In this document: positions 58,701-64,000 of the stretch, piece by piece | Position numbering within the stretch: the first letter of the stretch is position 1 | Layout: every line of letters begins with the position of its first letter | From: Eledone cirrhosa | Taxonomy: Eukaryota | NCBI GenBank assembly: GCA_964016885.1 | Contig: OZ024749.1 | Span: 44,764,001-44,828,000 of the forward strand | Length of the DNA stretch: 64,000 nt | Direction: 5' to 3' | The notes under the pieces: generated by a model | Told to the model about the DNA's origin: nothing | The model's database searches: none | What the model saw: the letters and a program-made list of their open reading frames with translations, nothing else | Made by a program: the position numbers and the translations under genes

Positions 58701-59261
58701 GAATGAAAAGTAAAAAGAAGGTGATACATGGGCACCTTCCTGACGTCTTGAGTATTTTAAACTTGACAGAATACTTCTGCTGTAGGATGTCTTCACGGAA
58801 GAGAAAGAGAGAAAGAGTCGAGAGTGATTAAATGAGATAAAGAAGAGATTTATCTATCGATCTTGAAATGTTAAAAACCAATGTTAACAACTATATTTGA
58901 ACACAGAGTGCAGTGGAAACGAACATATAAAAATGCATTTAATCCGATGCCCTAGATACATTTTGCCGCCTTCTGTTCTCAGTATATTTGCCAAAAGTCA
59001 GACTACTACTTCGTACGATGTCTCTATATATTCTATAATTGATTTCAATGTTGATGTTATCTCCCTTGTTTAAACGACAAAATGTATTATTAAAGCTAAT
59101 GACTAGTTCCACCGATTTATTTCGGATATCTGATGCATATATACATATAGATAGGCAAACACACGCATAAACACACCCCGCCGCCACCCACACGCACAAA
59201 TACACACACACACACACACATGCACGCACGCTCACACACAAACACACGCATATATACATGA

Positions 59262-59313
<52 letters not shown>

Positions 59314-59314
59314 C

Positions 59315-59450
59315 AGGAAAGAAGATTGACATGGTTTGCTATACAAAAAAGGTTTTTAATCTCATTGCTGACAATTGTTTCTCTGAACTGGTAGGTCTAG
59401 AGATCGCTACCCGCTTGTTTTCACGTTACTCATCATCCACTACCCGGAAT
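59315..59450 (-). mobile_element. Family H element, degenerate
   Basis: Homologous to 44870-44990 (acatggtt..ctgacaattgtttc..tcgcta.ccgcttg). Confidence 0.55.
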
Positions 59451-59512
59451 ACCATAACTGGACTACACCTAAGTGGACTGCATATAACTATTATTTGTTA
59501 CCCCGTATACCC

Positions 59513-59572
<60 letters not shown>

Positions 59573-59609
59573 TTACAACCTTACCTATCTACCTCTCTCT
59601 CGCTCTCTC

Positions 59610-59711
<102 letters not shown>

Positions 59712-60144
59712 GGTAAGAAACAGGGAGCTGTGGGGTTACTTGACAAAGTGTGTGTATATATATATATATAAATATATATATATGTGGGTGCGTGCATATA
59801 TATATTTTTATATATATACAGAAATATGTTTCTCATATTTAGATTAGAGATTTGTTGCACAAGTGTGATACGTTAAATCGACGTCCCTGTAATGTTACTT
59901 GGAGCAGAAGGTGAAGCAACATATATATAAATAGAACCTGAACTAAATATTCAATCTTCATTCATAAAGAATAGAAAACAAAAACAGAAACATGTTATAA
60001 AATGTTATAAAACACATTATAAAATGTATATTAATATTTCTTGCGTATACATATTCAGAATGTGTTGATTTAATATATTACTACGTACACACATACTCAT
60101 GCACACAGACACACACACATACACACACACACACATACACACAC

Positions 60145-60175
<31 letters not shown>

Positions 60176-60177
60176 CG

Positions 60178-60329
<152 letters not shown>

Positions 60330-60450
60330 ACACCTTCCCTCATCATACAAAGTCACGCTGCTTTATGCAAATTTGTTTTTATCGAAAAATAGCCAACGAA
60401 TATATACACAGACATGATTGAGTGTGCGTGTTTAGTATATATATATATAC

Positions 60451-60514
<64 letters not shown>

Positions 60515-63500
60515 GTCATATAAATACGTAGAAATGCGTGATTGCTCTTTCCATCTTAAACGATGATATTAAAAATATATTTGAAGATTTCCTCTTGTAG
60601 ATGTTTTTTCTCCTACAGCTCTAAGGTAATATATCTGCATACTTCATGTTGAAGTATAAACACCACTTTATCAGAATTGCCTCCTGGCCGTCGTTCTTCT
60701 CTTTCCATATATGTGTGTAAAAATCTCAGAAAACTTTATAACTCCGATTTATCCTCTAACCTAATTTGTGCAATTTCCCTCCATTTTTTTTTTTTTTTTT
60801 TTAAACATTTTTTCTCTCATTTTCTTTCTATTTTCTCCCTGCCTGTCTTGTAGATTTATTTCGAGATTTTATTTGGAAATATTTTATTCTTATTTTATTT
60901 GTTTTATTTTCTATTCAAATGTTGGTAGCTTCAGGGATTGATAACATTCATGTTCATGCACCGATTCTTTCCACTTAATAAATGATAAATAAAGTTTATT
61001 TTCTCTTTTAATTCTTCGATTTATTTTCTTTTGCGTCATTTTTATCCCATATATATTGTGAAATTTGCCAAACCTGACATTTCATTATTCTACTGTTTTG
61101 ATAGTTTATCGATTCTATTTTTTTTTATAAATATTTTTTAAAGGATTTTCTTATTTATTTGTTTATTAATATCATTTTGTTTATTTGTGTGTGTGTGTGG
61201 ATGTTCGTAAGTTTATTTGTATGTGTGTGTGTGTATGTGTTCATAGTATTGTTTGTGTATGTATGTGTTTGTAGCTGTGTTTGTGTATGTTTGTGTTCAT
61301 AGTATCGTTTATATGTATGTATCTGTTCGTAGTTTTCTTTTTTTATGCATGTATGTGTTCCTAATAATTTTTGTGTGTATGTATGTGTTCGTATTAATGT
61401 TTGTGCTTTTAGGTTTGTTTGTAAGTGTAGGTTTGTTTCTGTGTGTAGTTTAGTATGTATGCAGGTGTGCTTTCTTTTGTGAGAGTGTGTGTATTTTGTT
61501 GTTGTTATTGCGGTGATGGAGTAGGTAAAAGTAAAATAGATGGTGTCGTATCTTGACTGTCAATCTATATATCACTTTGATTATCTGATATTATTTCTAC
61601 TTTGACTGTTTGGTATACACTCCTTACCACGCTACACTATCATCTAATAATTATCTCATCGTCTCATCAATATCATCTATTGTTTTGATGGTGTATTAAA
61701 TCACGAAGTCGTTTGCCACGCAACGATTCTAATAAAATTTCGATACTCATGTATTATGTGTAATCTGCTTATGTTTTACAGAGAAGAAGGTGTCAAATTA
61801 AGCGAGTTTTAGGGTGTTGAATTAAAAATGCTTCAGTATTCGATTGCGCTTCCTGCAGTCTAACTTCAAATTACACCGAGGTCAACTTTGTTTTTCATAA
61901 TTGTAGGTTTATAATTATAGATTATTTAATAAATCTACGTCATTAATACATTCAAAACATACATACGTGGCACGCAGTCTGCTCTCTTTTATCCTATTAT
62001 GATATGAACTAGTTTTAAAGTAAGACAGTTTTTAAAAGTCTTTTTCATATATAAAGTCCCGATGAAAGAATCCGTGAGATTTCATGTTGAAAGCAACTGT
62101 AATAACTAACATTAGCAGTTATCATCTTCGAAAACTATATTTAACAATATATTTCTTAATATCGGACAGAAGGTTGCAGATAATACTGAATAAAATAGCA
62201 ATGCGCATATTTTTAGGCAATAATGTGGTGTTTAAATTTTGGTGAAGTATTTAATGATCTAGTTTCTATATAATGCTTCTATTGAAAACCCTTTTAAATT
62301 TATTAATACTAATATTACAAAATTAGATTGTTCAATAAGTAATCTATTAAAATCTCAGGTGACCAATCTAAGTAATCATACACACTGCTAGACGCACCCC
62401 CCCCCCTCACACACATAGACACACACATACAGATATATATATATATATATATACATTCATGTGCGTTCGAGTATATATATTAAATAGCTACCTACTTTTT
62501 CCAATGAACATTTTGGATAATGTAATTAGGATGAGAAGATTAGTATTCCTTTGCTCATAGATCTGGGACTAAGAAACTGAGTAATACTTAAATTACTTGG
62601 CCCAGTAGCTTTTACAGAACCGTTAGAATAACGAAAAAAAGCCCATGATATTTTCCAATGAGTGTTCGCTGACTTCAGAGTTCAATGTTCAATATTTTCC
62701 CGGATAAAATTTGGTTTAGAACCACTTACGTTTTCCAAATATGTAATAATTATGCACATGCGTCATGCGAATCACAGAGGACATATTCCCGTTTTTATTC
62801 CAACTTAAAAATACATTACAGCTTCAAATTTCTTGAATTTCTCAGGTGATGTCGATGTCTAAATTACAAATATAGCAACAGATTATATTCAGTAGCCGCA
62901 TATAAATAGGAAATCTTGATATCTATACTCGATATTTATAACTCTCAACAGCCCATGCCATCTAGCTGTAAATATATTCCATTTCTTGGTACACTGCGGT
63001 ATCTTATCAAGTAAGAGTATGTATTAATTGATAATTCACTATATATTTTCACTTAGAGCAGCACTGTATCATTTTATTGTTTCTATAAGAAGTTTATGTT
63101 GCAAAGAAAAAAAAAGTACTGAGATCGTATTCTTCCTTTCTTAAGTTTGAAATTGACAATGGAGACCCAGCCAAAATTCTCCTCTCGTAGAGACCTGACT
63201 CTGGCATGATAAATAGAATTTCTATTTCCTACCGATCCATTGGTCTTTACGAAGCTGTTGCTAAAACTTCAAAAATAATAATCATACCAACTGTAATATT
63301 TGTTTCACTTTTGACAGCTTGAGACAAAATACTTTTGACAGCTTGAGACAAAATACAAGACTAATGTTTTATTATCATAGTTGATGTATTATTTTGACTT
63401 CATTCGTGCTTTTCAACCCCCGAACTAACAATAAATAAGGCTACAAAAAAACCAAAAAAACCCACAAATACTAAATTTCCTGTTAGATTTGTAATTCTGG

Positions 63501-64000
63501 GATGATTGTTTTAAGAAGAAAAAAACAATGTTACATACAACTTCATTATCATAGTTATTGTTGTGACTTTTAGTAAAAGGTTATCACTCGAAAATCGGAA
63601 ACTTTAAAACTCCATCAAACATGTATGTGGTACATTCTTTCTCGATGTCACTAAGTGCTAATTGCCCTTTCCAAAAATATAGGGCTTTGATCTACATCAC
63701 ATGAACCCAATGTTATTCGCTCTCATTTTTCATAACCATAAACACACGACTGATGAAGTTGCACAGATTCGCAACGAAAGGGGGGTGAAATTATTAGCTT
63801 GTATATAATTTATATAGATCTTCAAACAATTGAAATACAAAAGCATTGTGTGAAAAATAATCACAAAAAATATATAAAAGACAGCTATGAAATATTATTA
63901 TAAAACTATTCATGATATTAATATGAAATTTGTGAAGAAAGTAAATTTTAATAGAATTTAATAAATTATATCTTTAGGCATGATATTAAAAAATGGAAAA

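Overview
AT-rich, repeat-dominated eukaryotic (animal) non-coding DNA, most likely intronic or intergenic sequence from an octopus/cephalopod. That call rests on the SINE types and the extreme (TA)n/(CA)n/(GA)n density and is an inference. I found no intact protein-coding gene; nearly all listed ORFs are microsatellite read-through. Identified: one 5'-truncated RTE-type LINE 3' end (286-700), about 25 copies of one tRNA-derived SINE (some in tandem arrays), a second V-domain-like SINE and a Lep1/DINE-like non-autonomous Helitron. The main signal is a swarm of at least 12 sequence-unrelated families of 100-450 bp elements, mostly embedded in (TA)n tracts. Most carry a type I hammerhead ribozyme fold (stem I-CUGANGA-stem II-GAAA-stem III or palindromic hexamer-UH-stem I). 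Many form a copy-specific fold-back palindrome, with a single-copy 3' tail containing a conserved ACTC...GAGT bulged hairpin. This matches non-autonomous or heavily truncated Penelope-like (retrozyme-like) retroelements that target TA microsatellites. Family letters A-N are my own labels.
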